A DNA stretch of 20,000 bases from IMG/VR virus record IMGVR_UViG_3300020469_000045. The stretch is one strand, 5' to 3'. This document shows, one piece after another, positions 1-7,292 of the stretch. A model generated the notes under the pieces. The model saw only the letters and a list, made by a program, of their open reading frames with translations, did no database searches and had not been told where the DNA came from. Numbering within the stretch: the first letter of the stretch is position 1; each line of letters opens with the position of its first letter. Source of the stretch: an uncultured virus (IMG/VR IMGVR_UViG_3300020469_000045). Lineage: Duplodnaviria > Heunggongvirae > Uroviricota > Caudoviricetes. The translations under genes were made by a program, and so were the position numbers.

Positions 1-173
1 ATAAAGATGAACAAAGATTTCCTTCAGGACCTTGGTGTCAAAAAGGAGATTGGGTAATCTTTAGAGCCTACTCAGGTACTCGTATGGTCATGTATGGACA
101 AGAGTTTCGTTTAATTAATGACGATACTGTGGAAGCAGTCGTTGATGACCCAACAGGAGTAGTAAGAGCATGA
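1..173 (+). CDS. groES: GroES/Cpn10-like co-chaperonin, 5'-truncated (not in the ORF track)
   Basis: Frame starting at nt 3 reads KDEQRFPSGPWCQKGDWVIFRAYSGTRMVMYGQEFRLINDDTVEAVVDDPTGVVRA*. It matches the GroES C-terminal pattern (KxGDxV.F..YSGT....G.E..L.NDD.V.AVV). Its stop overlaps the next start (ATGA, 170-173). Confidence 0.8.
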   Translation, partial: KDEQRFPSGPWCQKGDWVIFRAYSGTRMVMYGQEFRLINDDTVEAVVDDPTGVVRA

Positions 174-1198
174 GTAATACAGAGATTATAAATGAAGAGC
201 CGATTATAGATAATCAGCCTACAACGTCTGAAGAAGAAAAATTCTTTGGCAAAACAATGGAAGTTGATAATACAGTTCCAGAAGATTTATCTGTTGAAAT
301 TGTAGATGATGTTCCTACAGAAGATAGAAGACCTCCACGAGATGAAAGCGTTGCAGAAACAGAAGTTGATGATGATACTTTAGACGCAGAAATTACCGAC
401 TATTCAAAGAGAGCCGGTGACAGAATTAATAAATTAAAATACGATTACCATGAGGAGCGTAGAGCTAAAGAACAAGCTGCTAGAGAGTCTCAAGAAGCAA
501 TACAAAGACTGTCTTCTCTTATTGACGAGAATAAAAAGCTACAAGCTTTAGTAGACCAAGGTGGAGAAGTATTAAATAAACAAGCAGCTAACAATGCTTT
601 GTGGGCAAAACAAAATGCACAAGCAATGTATAAGTCTGCTTATGAAGCAGGTGATGCAGATAAAATGGCTGAGGCTCAAGAACAACTTTCAAAAGCAGTT
701 CTTGCAGAGCAAACAGCTAACAATATGTCTCAGCAAGTACAAACACAAATACTAAATGACTTGCCGGTTGAGGAAACGCCTGAACAACAACCTCAACAAA
801 TAGATGAAGATTTACAAAAGTGGGCAGCTAAAAACCCATGGTTTATGGGTACTGAGCCAATCCACAAAGAAATGTCATCATATGCTATGTATGTTGACAA
901 CGCATTAAGAACTAATGGCATAGACCCTGCTAAAGAATCAGGTAAGTATTATGCAGAAGTAGATAAAGAAATGCGTAATAAGTTCCCGAATTTTTTTGGT
1001 ATTCAACAAACAGCTTCGGAAGAAGTAGTTGAAACAAAAAATAAACAACCTCAAACAGTTGTTGCCGGTGCCACGAGGAACACCGGAAACTCTAAACCCT
1101 CGCAAGTACGTCTGACCCAGACTCAAGTTAAGATAGCTCGACAACTTGGTATAAGTCCGGAGCAGTATGCAAATCAATTATTAAAGGAGCAAGTATGA
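170..1198 (+). CDS. Putative capsid scaffolding protein
   Basis: 342 aa with an acidic disordered N-terminus, a long coiled-coil centre and a short C-terminal helical motif (LTQTQVKIARQLGISPEQYANQL). It lies upstream of the capsid gene. Function is inferred from composition and position. Confidence 0.6.
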   Translation: MSNTEIINEEPIIDNQPTTSEEEKFFGKTMEVDNTVPEDLSVEIVDDVPTEDRRPPRDESVAETEVDDDTLDAEITDYSKRAGDRINKLKYDYHEERRAKEQAARESQEAIQRLSSLIDENKKLQALVDQGGEVLNKQAANNALWAKQNAQAMYKSAYEAGDADKMAEAQEQLSKAVLAEQTANNMSQQVQTQILNDLPVEETPEQQPQQIDEDLQKWAAKNPWFMGTEPIHKEMSSYAMYVDNALRTNGIDPAKESGKYYAEVDKEMRNKFPNFFGIQQTASEEVVETKNKQPQTVVAGATRNTGNSKPSQVRLTQTQVKIARQLGISPEQYANQLLKEQV

Positions 1199-1719
1199 CA
1201 GAGCAAGATAACACATCAAATGAAAATGAAGTGGAGGAAAGTTCTGTGAACTCCTCTGACCAAGAGCGTTCCCCTAGGGGATTAGATAGCCGAGAGGCTA
1301 CCCAACGTTATCAGAATTGGGAAAACACAGCCAATTTACCTGACCCAGACCCACAAGAAGGGTGGGTTTTCAGATGGGTAAGAACTTCCTTAGTTGGAAA
1401 TTCAGACAACCCTAATGTATCTAAAAGTTTTCGAGATGGTTGGTCACCTTGTCGTTTAGAAGACCACCCAGAACTACAGATACATATGCAAGACCATAAT
1501 TCAGAATGGGCAGCAAAAGGTAATATAGAAGTTGGTGGATTGCTATTATGCAAAATGCCTGAAGAACGAGCAAAAGCACGTGAAAAGCATTTTTCAGATA
1601 TGGCACAACAACAGGTTGAAACTGTTGATAACACTTACTTCAAAGACCAAGATAGTAGAATGGCAACTAAACAAGTTTACGAACGCAAATCAAAAACGAC
1701 TTTTGGTAAAGACTCATAG
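1195..1719 (+). CDS. Conserved phage head-module protein, function unknown
   Basis: 174 aa ORF with SD AAGGAG and an ATGA overlap with the previous gene. Motifs PDPQEGWVFRWVR and IEVGGLLLCKMPEE resemble proteins found upstream of capsid genes in this type of phage. Confidence 0.7.
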   Translation: MTEQDNTSNENEVEESSVNSSDQERSPRGLDSREATQRYQNWENTANLPDPDPQEGWVFRWVRTSLVGNSDNPNVSKSFRDGWSPCRLEDHPELQIHMQDHNSEWAAKGNIEVGGLLLCKMPEERAKAREKHFSDMAQQQVETVDNTYFKDQDSRMATKQVYERKSKTTFGKDS

Positions 1720-1760
1720 AGTCTTTTAATTAATAATTTTTTTCTGCAACTATTTGCAGA
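1708..1760 (+). promoter_or_regulatory. Two tandem hairpins in the intergenic region before the 1774 ORF
   Basis: AAAGACTC-ATA-GAGTCTTT (1708-1726) spans the stop codon. TCTGCAA-CTAT-TTGCAGA (1743-1760) abuts the GGAG SD of the next gene. Confidence 0.4.
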
Positions 1761-1773
1761 GGAGTAAACAATT

Positions 1774-2361
1774 ATGGCTTCAACAGCTTCACCTATGGGT
1801 GCAAGACCAATGGGGTCGTTAGTATCGTGTGCTTACAATGCGAAGATTACTCACTATAAAATTAACAATGGCTTTGCTACTGATATTTTTTATGGTGACT
1901 TTGTTAAGTGGGCAGACAACAACCCAAACACTACAATCCAAAAGGATACAGGAACTACTTCCTTGACTCCTATTGGTGTATTCTTAGGTTGTTCATATAC
2001 TGACCCCTCAACCGGTCAAACTACTTTTAATCAATATTATCCTGCTAATACAGCAGCCGATGATATTATGGCATATGTTGCTTCTGACCCTTTTCTGATT
2101 ATGCAAATGCAATCAGACGAGGCTTTAGACCAAGATGACTTAGGCAAGAACGTAGCAGTTATACAAACTGCAGGGTCTACTTCTATTGGCACAAGCAAAA
2201 ATGCAGTAGACGGGAGTACAGCTAACACTACCAATACACTACCTTTAAAGATTATCGACTTTGTCGATGGTCCTGATAGTACAATTGGTGATGCAAAAAC
2301 AGATGTACTTGTAATGTTTAACGTAGGACATCAGTTGCTTAATGCAACGGGTATCGGATAA
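1774..2361 (+). CDS. Putative minor capsid/decoration protein
   Basis: 195 aa with SD GAGGAG, rich in T/G/A/D with beta-strand character, immediately upstream of the major capsid gene. Confidence 0.55.
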   Translation: MASTASPMGARPMGSLVSCAYNAKITHYKINNGFATDIFYGDFVKWADNNPNTTIQKDTGTTSLTPIGVFLGCSYTDPSTGQTTFNQYYPANTAADDIMAYVASDPFLIMQMQSDEALDQDDLGKNVAVIQTAGSTSIGTSKNAVDGSTANTTNTLPLKIIDFVDGPDSTIGDAKTDVLVMFNVGHQLLNATGIG

Positions 2362-2373
2362 GGAGAATAAATT

Positions 2374-3285
2374 ATGGCTGCTATATCAAGAGCAAATGAG
2401 CTTAAACAGCTCCTACCGGGTCTTAACGCATTATTTGGCGAAGAGTACAACAACTACGAAAATGAGCACGAAGATATCTACGTGACTGAAAACTCTGAAA
2501 GAAGTTTCGAGGAAGAGTTAAAGTTATCAGGTTTCGGAGCTGCTCCTGTAAAAGATGAGGGTGCTGCTATCAGTTATGACACAGCTCAAGAATCTTTCGT
2601 AGCTCGTTACACTCACGAAACTATTGCAATGGGATATGCTATCACTGAAGAAGCAATGGAGGATAACCTCTATGTTTCGCTTTCAGCTAGATACACTAAA
2701 GCCTTAGCTAGAGCTATGGCTTACACCAAACAAGTAAAAAGTGTTGTTCCTTTGAACAATGGTTTTACTTCGTTTAATGGTGGTGATGGTGTAACTTTAT
2801 TTAGTACAGCACACCCATTAGTTAATGGTGGTACAAATAGTAATAGACCTGCCACAGGTGCTGATTTGAACGAAGTATCTTTAGAAGATGCAATTATTCA
2901 AATCGGTGGATACACAGACGAAAGAGGTCTGAAAATCGCTGCCAGAGCAAGAAAGTTAATCATACCTTCTGCTCTTCAGTTTGTAGCAACTAGACTGCTA
3001 CAAAGTGACTACCGAGTAGGAACAGCAGATAATGACATTAACGCTATTAAAACTAATGGCGTTATTCCAGAAGGTTTTTCAGTTAATCATTATTTAACTG
3101 ACCCTAATGCCTTCTTCATTACTACTGACATTCCTGACGGAATGAAGCACTTTGTAAGAAGTCCAATGACTACAAGCATGGACGGGGATTTTGACACAGG
3201 AAACGTTAGATACAAGGCTAGAGAAAGATATTCCTTTGGAGTATCAGACCCTCTAGGTATCTTCGGCTCTCCGGGGTCAAGCTAA
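2374..3285 (+). CDS. Major capsid protein (Mu gpT-like, HK97 fold)
   Basis: 303 aa. AISRA..LKQLLPGLNALFG.EY, SFEEE..LSGFGAAPVKDEG, ARYTHETIA.G.AITEEAMEDNLY and DFDTGNVRYKARERYSFG.SDP.GIFGSPG are hallmark motifs of a widespread aquatic phage capsid family. Strong SD AAGGAG, followed by a terminator. Confidence 0.92.
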   Translation: MAAISRANELKQLLPGLNALFGEEYNNYENEHEDIYVTENSERSFEEELKLSGFGAAPVKDEGAAISYDTAQESFVARYTHETIAMGYAITEEAMEDNLYVSLSARYTKALARAMAYTKQVKSVVPLNNGFTSFNGGDGVTLFSTAHPLVNGGTNSNRPATGADLNEVSLEDAIIQIGGYTDERGLKIAARARKLIIPSALQFVATRLLQSDYRVGTADNDINAIKTNGVIPEGFSVNHYLTDPNAFFITTDIPDGMKHFVRSPMTTSMDGDFDTGNVRYKARERYSFGVSDPLGIFGSPGSS

Positions 3286-3290
3286 GAATT

Positions 3291-3317
3291 AAGGGAGGAC
3301 TTCGGTCCTCCCTTTTT
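3291..3317 (+). terminator. Rho-independent terminator after the capsid gene
   Basis: AAGGGAGGAC-TTCG-GTCCTCCCTT-TTT: a perfect stem with a C(UUCG)G tetraloop and a U-tract, 5 nt after the stop codon. Confidence 0.92.
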
Positions 3318-3321
3318 CTAC

Positions 3322-3383
3322 ATCTAGGATTAATTAACTTCTCTATCAACTGACCTAGCAGACAACCCAAGATGATAGAGTTT
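3322..3383 (+). ncRNA. Structured RNA element with a predicted pseudoknot; candidate Mu-gpT-DE motif
   Basis: CTCTATCA (3341-3348) pairs with TGATAGAG (3373-3380). An inner hairpin CTG-ACCTAG-CAG (3350-3361) has a loop CCTAG complementary to upstream CTAGG (3324-3328). It sits directly downstream of a gpT-like capsid gene. Confidence 0.6.
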
Positions 3384-3402
3384 TTCCTTTAAGGAGGGAA
3401 TA

Positions 3403-3858
3403 ATGGGAACTACAACATTCTCAGGACCTGTTAAAGCAGGGACTATCAAAGACACAACCGGAACTACTGTAGGTACTGATGTCGCTAATACCGGCTCAGT
3501 TGTTATGGCACAATCTGCAGTTGTAGATATTATTGGTGCAAGTCACTTAAACCAAGTAATAGCTACTGTACCGGCTAATTCACAAATTATTGATGTCGTA
3601 TTAAACGTTACTGTCGTTAATAACGATGGTGGTGCAGCTACTGTATCAGTTGGTACAGCAGCAGACGGAAATGCTTTTATTAATGCACAAAATGTAAAAG
3701 CACTTGCAACAACAAGAGGTACTTTAGATACTGAAGCTACTGATGTTGGAACATCTGACATTCAAGTTCTAGCCGACTTTACCGGAGCAAATGGTGATGC
3801 AACCACCGGAGCTGCTACGGCAACAGTCTTATATATCCAAAACAACAATTTAAGTTAA
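3403..3858 (+). CDS. Putative virion structural protein
   Basis: 151 aa with SD AAGGAGG, an MGTTTFSGPVKAG N-terminus and T/A/V/G-rich beta composition; follows the capsid gene. Confidence 0.65.
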   Translation: MGTTTFSGPVKAGTIKDTTGTTVGTDVANTGSVVMAQSAVVDIIGASHLNQVIATVPANSQIIDVVLNVTVVNNDGGAATVSVGTAADGNAFINAQNVKALATTRGTLDTEATDVGTSDIQVLADFTGANGDATTGAATATVLYIQNNNLS

Positions 3859-3867
3859 AGGTAAATT

Positions 3868-4269
3868 ATGGCAGATGCAGTCACAAGCCAGACTATTATA
3901 GATGGCGACAGAAACTGTGTTATGAAATTTACCAATGTAAGTGATGGTACGGGCGAAAGTGCTGTAGCTAAAGTAGATGTTTCTGCTTTATCTGCTAACT
4001 CTGCAGGAACAGCTTGTTCCGGAGTTAGAATAGTACGAGTAAGCCATGCCATTGTTGGTATGTCTGTTCAATTATTTTTTAATGCTAACGCTAATGTTTT
4101 AATCATGGAGTTAGCTGAAAGTAGTAATGGACATATGGACTTTTCGGATTTTGGTGGTATTCCTAATAATGCAGGAACAGGAAAGAATGGTGACGTTCTT
4201 TTCACAACTAAGGGTGCTAGTAATGGGGATACCTATTCTGTTACTCTTGAAATGATAAAAACGTATTAA
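3868..4269 (+). CDS. Putative virion structural protein
   Basis: 133 aa (MADAVTSQTIIDG...DFSDFGGIPNNAGTGKNGDVLFTT), beta-rich, within the structural operon. Confidence 0.65.
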   Translation: MADAVTSQTIIDGDRNCVMKFTNVSDGTGESAVAKVDVSALSANSAGTACSGVRIVRVSHAIVGMSVQLFFNANANVLIMELAESSNGHMDFSDFGGIPNNAGTGKNGDVLFTTKGASNGDTYSVTLEMIKTY

Positions 4270-4278
4270 GGAGTTAAT

Positions 4279-4578
4279 ATGGCAAGTAAGAAAGCAATAA
4301 TTTCTACAAGTGGTTTTCCCCCACAGTATTTTGTTTTACAAGCAAATGATGAAGGTATTTTTGAAGTTGTATTTGGACCTGACCCTGATTTAGTTGATGC
4401 TCAAAGAAAAGCAGATGAACTAAATGGTGTCAGAGCTAGAACAACAAAAGGTCACTATGTGGCTGATGACCCTTCAACACCTGATGTAAATGAAGCATAT
4501 GTAGGTGGAAAAACACCAAAGAAAAAAACAACTAAGAAAAAACCCGTAGCTAAGAAAAAAGCTACTACAAAAAAGTGA
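4279..4578 (+). CDS. Hypothetical protein with a Lys-rich C-terminal tail
   Basis: 99 aa with SD AAGGAG; ends GGKTPKKKTTKKKPVAKKKATTKK. Confidence 0.7.
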   Translation: MASKKAIISTSGFPPQYFVLQANDEGIFEVVFGPDPDLVDAQRKADELNGVRARTTKGHYVADDPSTPDVNEAYVGGKTPKKKTTKKKPVAKKKATTKK

Positions 4579-4585
4579 GGTAATA

Positions 4586-4741
4586 ATGCCGGGTACAATG
4601 AAAAAAGATAAAAAAGGCATGGCTTATGGTCATGGTGGTGGTCTTAAAAAAAATAAACATCAAACCTATATGGGTGGTGGTGTTATGAAAAAGAAAGCAC
4701 CTATGTCTGCAATGTTCCGTGGTGGTAAAACAGGCAAATAA
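4586..4741 (+). CDS. Small basic Gly/Lys/Met-rich protein, 51 aa (not in the ORF track)
   Basis: MPGTMKKDKKGMAYGHGGGLKKNKHQTYMGGGVMKKKAPMSAMFRGGKTGK*. SD GAGGT upstream, TAATG overlap with the 4741 ORF, and it fills the gap exactly. Confidence 0.75.
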   Translation: MPGTMKKDKKGMAYGHGGGLKKNKHQTYMGGGVMKKKAPMSAMFRGGKTGK

Positions 4742-5034
4742 TGTCAGGAGCTAAGAAGGACTCTCGTTTAAAAAGAGCAGGAGTATCAGGTTATAACAAA
4801 CCAAAGCGTACTCCTAGCCACCCTAAGAAGTCTCATATTGTTGTTGCCAAAGAAGGTAGCAAAGTAAAAACCATTAGGTTTGGACAGAAAGGTGCTAAGA
4901 CTGCAGGTAAACCTAAAGCAGGAGAGTCTGCAAGAATGAAAGCAAAACGAAAATCCTTCAAAGCTCGTCATGCAAAGAATATTAAAAAAGGTAAGATGTC
5001 AGCAGCTTATTGGGCAGATAAGGTGAAGTGGTGA
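4741..5034 (+). CDS. Small highly basic protein
   Basis: 97 aa with motifs GYNKPKRTP.HP.KSH.VVAK.G..VK.IRFGQ.G and RKSFKARH....KGKMSAAYWADKVKW, recalled as recurrent in aquatic phages. Confidence 0.75.
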   Translation: MSGAKKDSRLKRAGVSGYNKPKRTPSHPKKSHIVVAKEGSKVKTIRFGQKGAKTAGKPKAGESARMKAKRKSFKARHAKNIKKGKMSAAYWADKVKW

Positions 5035-5219
5035 GTAGAGCAAAAAAATCAAAATCAAAAGTCAATGAGGCAGGAAACTATACTAAACCTACTATGCGTA
5101 AAAATTTATTCAACAGAATTAAAGCAGGTGGTAAAGGTGGTAAGCCGGGTCAATGGTCTGCACGTAAAGCTCAGATGTTAGCTAAACAATATAAAGCAAA
5201 AGGTGGTGGATATAAATGA
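5028..5219 (+). CDS. Small basic protein resembling the N-terminal half of DUF5872-like proteins
   Basis: 63 aa with a GTG start (5028 or 5031) and the motif NYTKP.MRK.LF.RIKAGGKGGKPGQWSARKAQMLAKQYKAKGGGYK. Confidence 0.7.
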   Translation: MVSRAKKSKSKVNEAGNYTKPTMRKNLFNRIKAGGKGGKPGQWSARKAQMLAKQYKAKGGGYK

Positions 5220-5476
5220 ATAAAAAACTTAGAGAAGTACCTGATAGCAATTCAGGATTAAAAAAACTTCCTTCTGATGTAAGAAATAAAATGGGATTTA
5301 TGAAAGCAGGTGGTAAGACACCTTCTCAAAAAGGAGTTAAAGCTCCAGAAGGATTTCATTTTATGAAACAAGAAGGTGGTGGATATAAATTAATGAAACA
5401 TGAAGGAAAGTTTAAATCTCATAAGGGAGCTACATTAGTAGCAAAGTTTGATATTCAAGAAAAACATAAAGCTTAA
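5216..5476 (+). CDS. Small basic protein
   Basis: 86 aa with ATGA and TAATG overlaps at the two ends; segments GLKKLP.DVRNKMGFMKAGG and KAPEGFHFMK..GGYKLMKH. Confidence 0.7.
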   Translation: MNKKLREVPDSNSGLKKLPSDVRNKMGFMKAGGKTPSQKGVKAPEGFHFMKQEGGGYKLMKHEGKFKSHKGATLVAKFDIQEKHKA

Positions 5477-5715
5477 TGCCTTTAAAAAAATCACAAAGGT
5501 CTTTAAAAAATTGGACTAAACAAAAATGGAGAACAAAGTCTGGGAAGCCTTCAGGTAAAACCGGAGAGCGATATCTTCCAGAAAAAGCAATCAAAGCTTT
5601 ATCTTCTTCAGAGTATGCAGCTACAACTAAAGCTAAAAGAAAAGGAACTAAAAAAGGCAAACAGTTTGTTAAACAACCAAAGAACATTGCAAAAAAAACA
5701 GCGAGGTACAGATGA
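5476..5715 (+). CDS. Small basic protein resembling the C-terminal half of DUF5872-like proteins
   Basis: 79 aa; KSQRSLKNWTKQKWRTKSGKPS.KTGERYLPEKAIKALS..EYAATTKAKRKG. Confidence 0.7.
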   Translation: MPLKKSQRSLKNWTKQKWRTKSGKPSGKTGERYLPEKAIKALSSSEYAATTKAKRKGTKKGKQFVKQPKNIAKKTARYR

Positions 5716-5834
5716 CAATAGCTAGAACTAATATGCGTGAACAGATTGACAAGTCTGGTAAAAAAAAACAAAAAATAGTAACCCAAGAAAAACGAGGAGA
5801 CATAACAGTTATAAGAGTTAGATATGGCGACTAG
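5712..5834 (+). CDS. Small basic protein, 40 aa (not in the ORF track)
   Basis: MTIARTNMREQIDKSGKKKQKIVTQEKRGDITVIRVRYGD*. SD GAGGT, ATGA overlap with the upstream gene, and an 11-nt overlap with the downstream gene. Confidence 0.6.
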   Translation: MTIARTNMREQIDKSGKKKQKIVTQEKRGDITVIRVRYGD

Positions 5835-6513
5835 TGGAACTTACGGATTTAATTTAGACATTACAGAACTTATGGAAGAGGCATTTGACCTCTGTGGTTT
5901 ATCTATAATGTCAGGTGGAGACTACAACACAGCAAAACGTGCATTGGATTTAATTTTTTTGGAATGGCAAAACAAAGGACTTAATCTTTGGAAAGTAGAA
6001 CAAGGCAGTATAACTTTGACTGCAGGTACTAATATATATGATGCAGATAGTACAGCATTAGAAATAGTTGATGCTGTAGTAAGGACTGATGCAGGAGATG
6101 TATCAGAACAATTTGACCAACGACTTACAAGAATAAGTAGAACTGAATACAATCATCAAGCTAAAAAACTTTTACAATCTAAGCCAACACAATACTATGT
6201 TGATAAAGGATTAACATTAAAGATAGGGATTTGGGCAACACCTGACTCACAACAAACTTATACTTTAATATATGATTACATAAAAAGAATTGAAGATGCA
6301 GGAGTTAATGCAAGTATAAATCCAGATGTTCCTGCTAGATACTTACCATGTTTAACTTATGCTTTGGCATACAACATAGCTTGTAAGAATGACCAATCAC
6401 AAAGTCGCATACCTATGATAAAGCAAAGGTATGATGAATTATGGAAAGAAGTATCAGAAGCAGATAGAGAAAGAGCTGCTATAAGATTTGTACCTAATAC
6501 TAATAGTTATTAA
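5824..6513 (+). CDS. Putative head-tail adaptor / tail tubular protein
   Basis: 229 aa, MATSGTY.FNLDI.E.MEEAF..CG...; helical N-terminus, beta centre (ISRTEY....K....KPTQYY) and helical C-terminus (P.RYLPCL.Y.LAY.IA), the architecture of podovirus adaptor proteins. Confidence 0.6.
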   Translation: MATSGTYGFNLDITELMEEAFDLCGLSIMSGGDYNTAKRALDLIFLEWQNKGLNLWKVEQGSITLTAGTNIYDADSTALEIVDAVVRTDAGDVSEQFDQRLTRISRTEYNHQAKKLLQSKPTQYYVDKGLTLKIGIWATPDSQQTYTLIYDYIKRIEDAGVNASINPDVPARYLPCLTYALAYNIACKNDQSQSRIPMIKQRYDELWKEVSEADRERAAIRFVPNTNSY

Positions 6514-6515
6514 AT

Positions 6516-7292
6516 ATGGCATATGCAGCAGGTAAAAAAGCAATTGGTATCTGTGACAGATGTGGTTTCACTTATAAATTAAGAGATTTAAAATACGAAG
6601 TACAAGACCAAAAAAAAACAGGTAGTAGAATATGCCCGTCTTGTATAGACCCAGACCAACCTCAGTATAGAGTAGGAGAGGTTGATACTTCAGATAATAT
6701 AGGTTTGTTTAATCCTAGACCTGACTCAGGCGAAAAGACTTCAACAACTTATTTTGGATTTAATCCATTAAATAGCACGGGTATGGTAATAAGAGGAGGT
6801 ATAGGCTTTAGTAGAATTACAACAACTAATGCACCTAGTCCTTCTCCTAGTCCTAGTCCTAGTCCTAGTCCTAGTCCTTCACCAAGTCCGGCTAATGTAG
6901 CAGTTCAATTAACACAAAATTTATTAACAACAAGCTTAAATGCTGTTAGTACTTTAGCTGTAACAAACTATGTAGTTACAGTACAAGCTTATGGTGGAGG
7001 TAATCGTTATTATATTGACTCTGTAAGACAGCCTACATTAACTTTAGAAGAAGGTAAGACTTATAGATTTGACCAAGGTAATGCTAGTAATGGAACTCAC
7101 CCATTAAGATTTTCTACAACTTCCGATGGAAATCATGGAGGAGGAAGTGAATATACAACAGGTGTGACAACAAATGGAACACCGGGTAATGCAGGAGCAT
7201 ATACTCAAATAACTGTAGCTGTTGGAGCACCTACTCTTTATTATTACTGTACCAATCATAGTGGTATGGGAGGACAAGCAAACACACCATGA
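6516..7292 (+). CDS. Modular virion protein: CxxC-CxxC N-domain, (Pro-Ser)n linker, cupredoxin-like C-domain
   Basis: CDRC and CPSC motifs, a (PS)9P tract and a C-terminal HP...YYYCTNHSGMGG. Confidence 0.65.
   Translation: MAYAAGKKAIGICDRCGFTYKLRDLKYEVQDQKKTGSRICPSCIDPDQPQYRVGEVDTSDNIGLFNPRPDSGEKTSTTYFGFNPLNSTGMVIRGGIGFSRITTTNAPSPSPSPSPSPSPSPSPSPANVAVQLTQNLLTTSLNAVSTLAVTNYVVTVQAYGGGNRYYIDSVRQPTLTLEEGKTYRFDQGNASNGTHPLRFSTTSDGNHGGGSEYTTGVTTNGTPGNAGAYTQITVAVGAPTLYYYCTNHSGMGGQANTP
6834..6890 (+). repeat. CCTAGT hexanucleotide tandem repeat encoding (Pro-Ser)9-Pro
   Basis: Five perfect CCTAGT units at 6846-6875, flanked by further perfect or degenerate units. Confidence 0.95.

Noticed and set aside
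1532..1729. 65-aa + strand alternative-frame ORF
   Set aside because: Almost entirely nested in the 1195-1719 gene, with no motif support.
3322..3383. Hammerhead ribozyme or tRNA
   Set aside because: It contains CTGA but not the CUGANGA...GAAA core, and there is no cloverleaf or TTCRA arm.
5760..5768. A9 homopolymer as a programmed frameshift or phase-variation site
   Set aside because: It reads as in-frame Lys codons in an intact small ORF; A-runs are common in this Lys-rich, AT-rich region.
6834..6890. CRISPR array or non-coding repeat
   Set aside because: 6-nt units with no spacers, in frame within a CDS.
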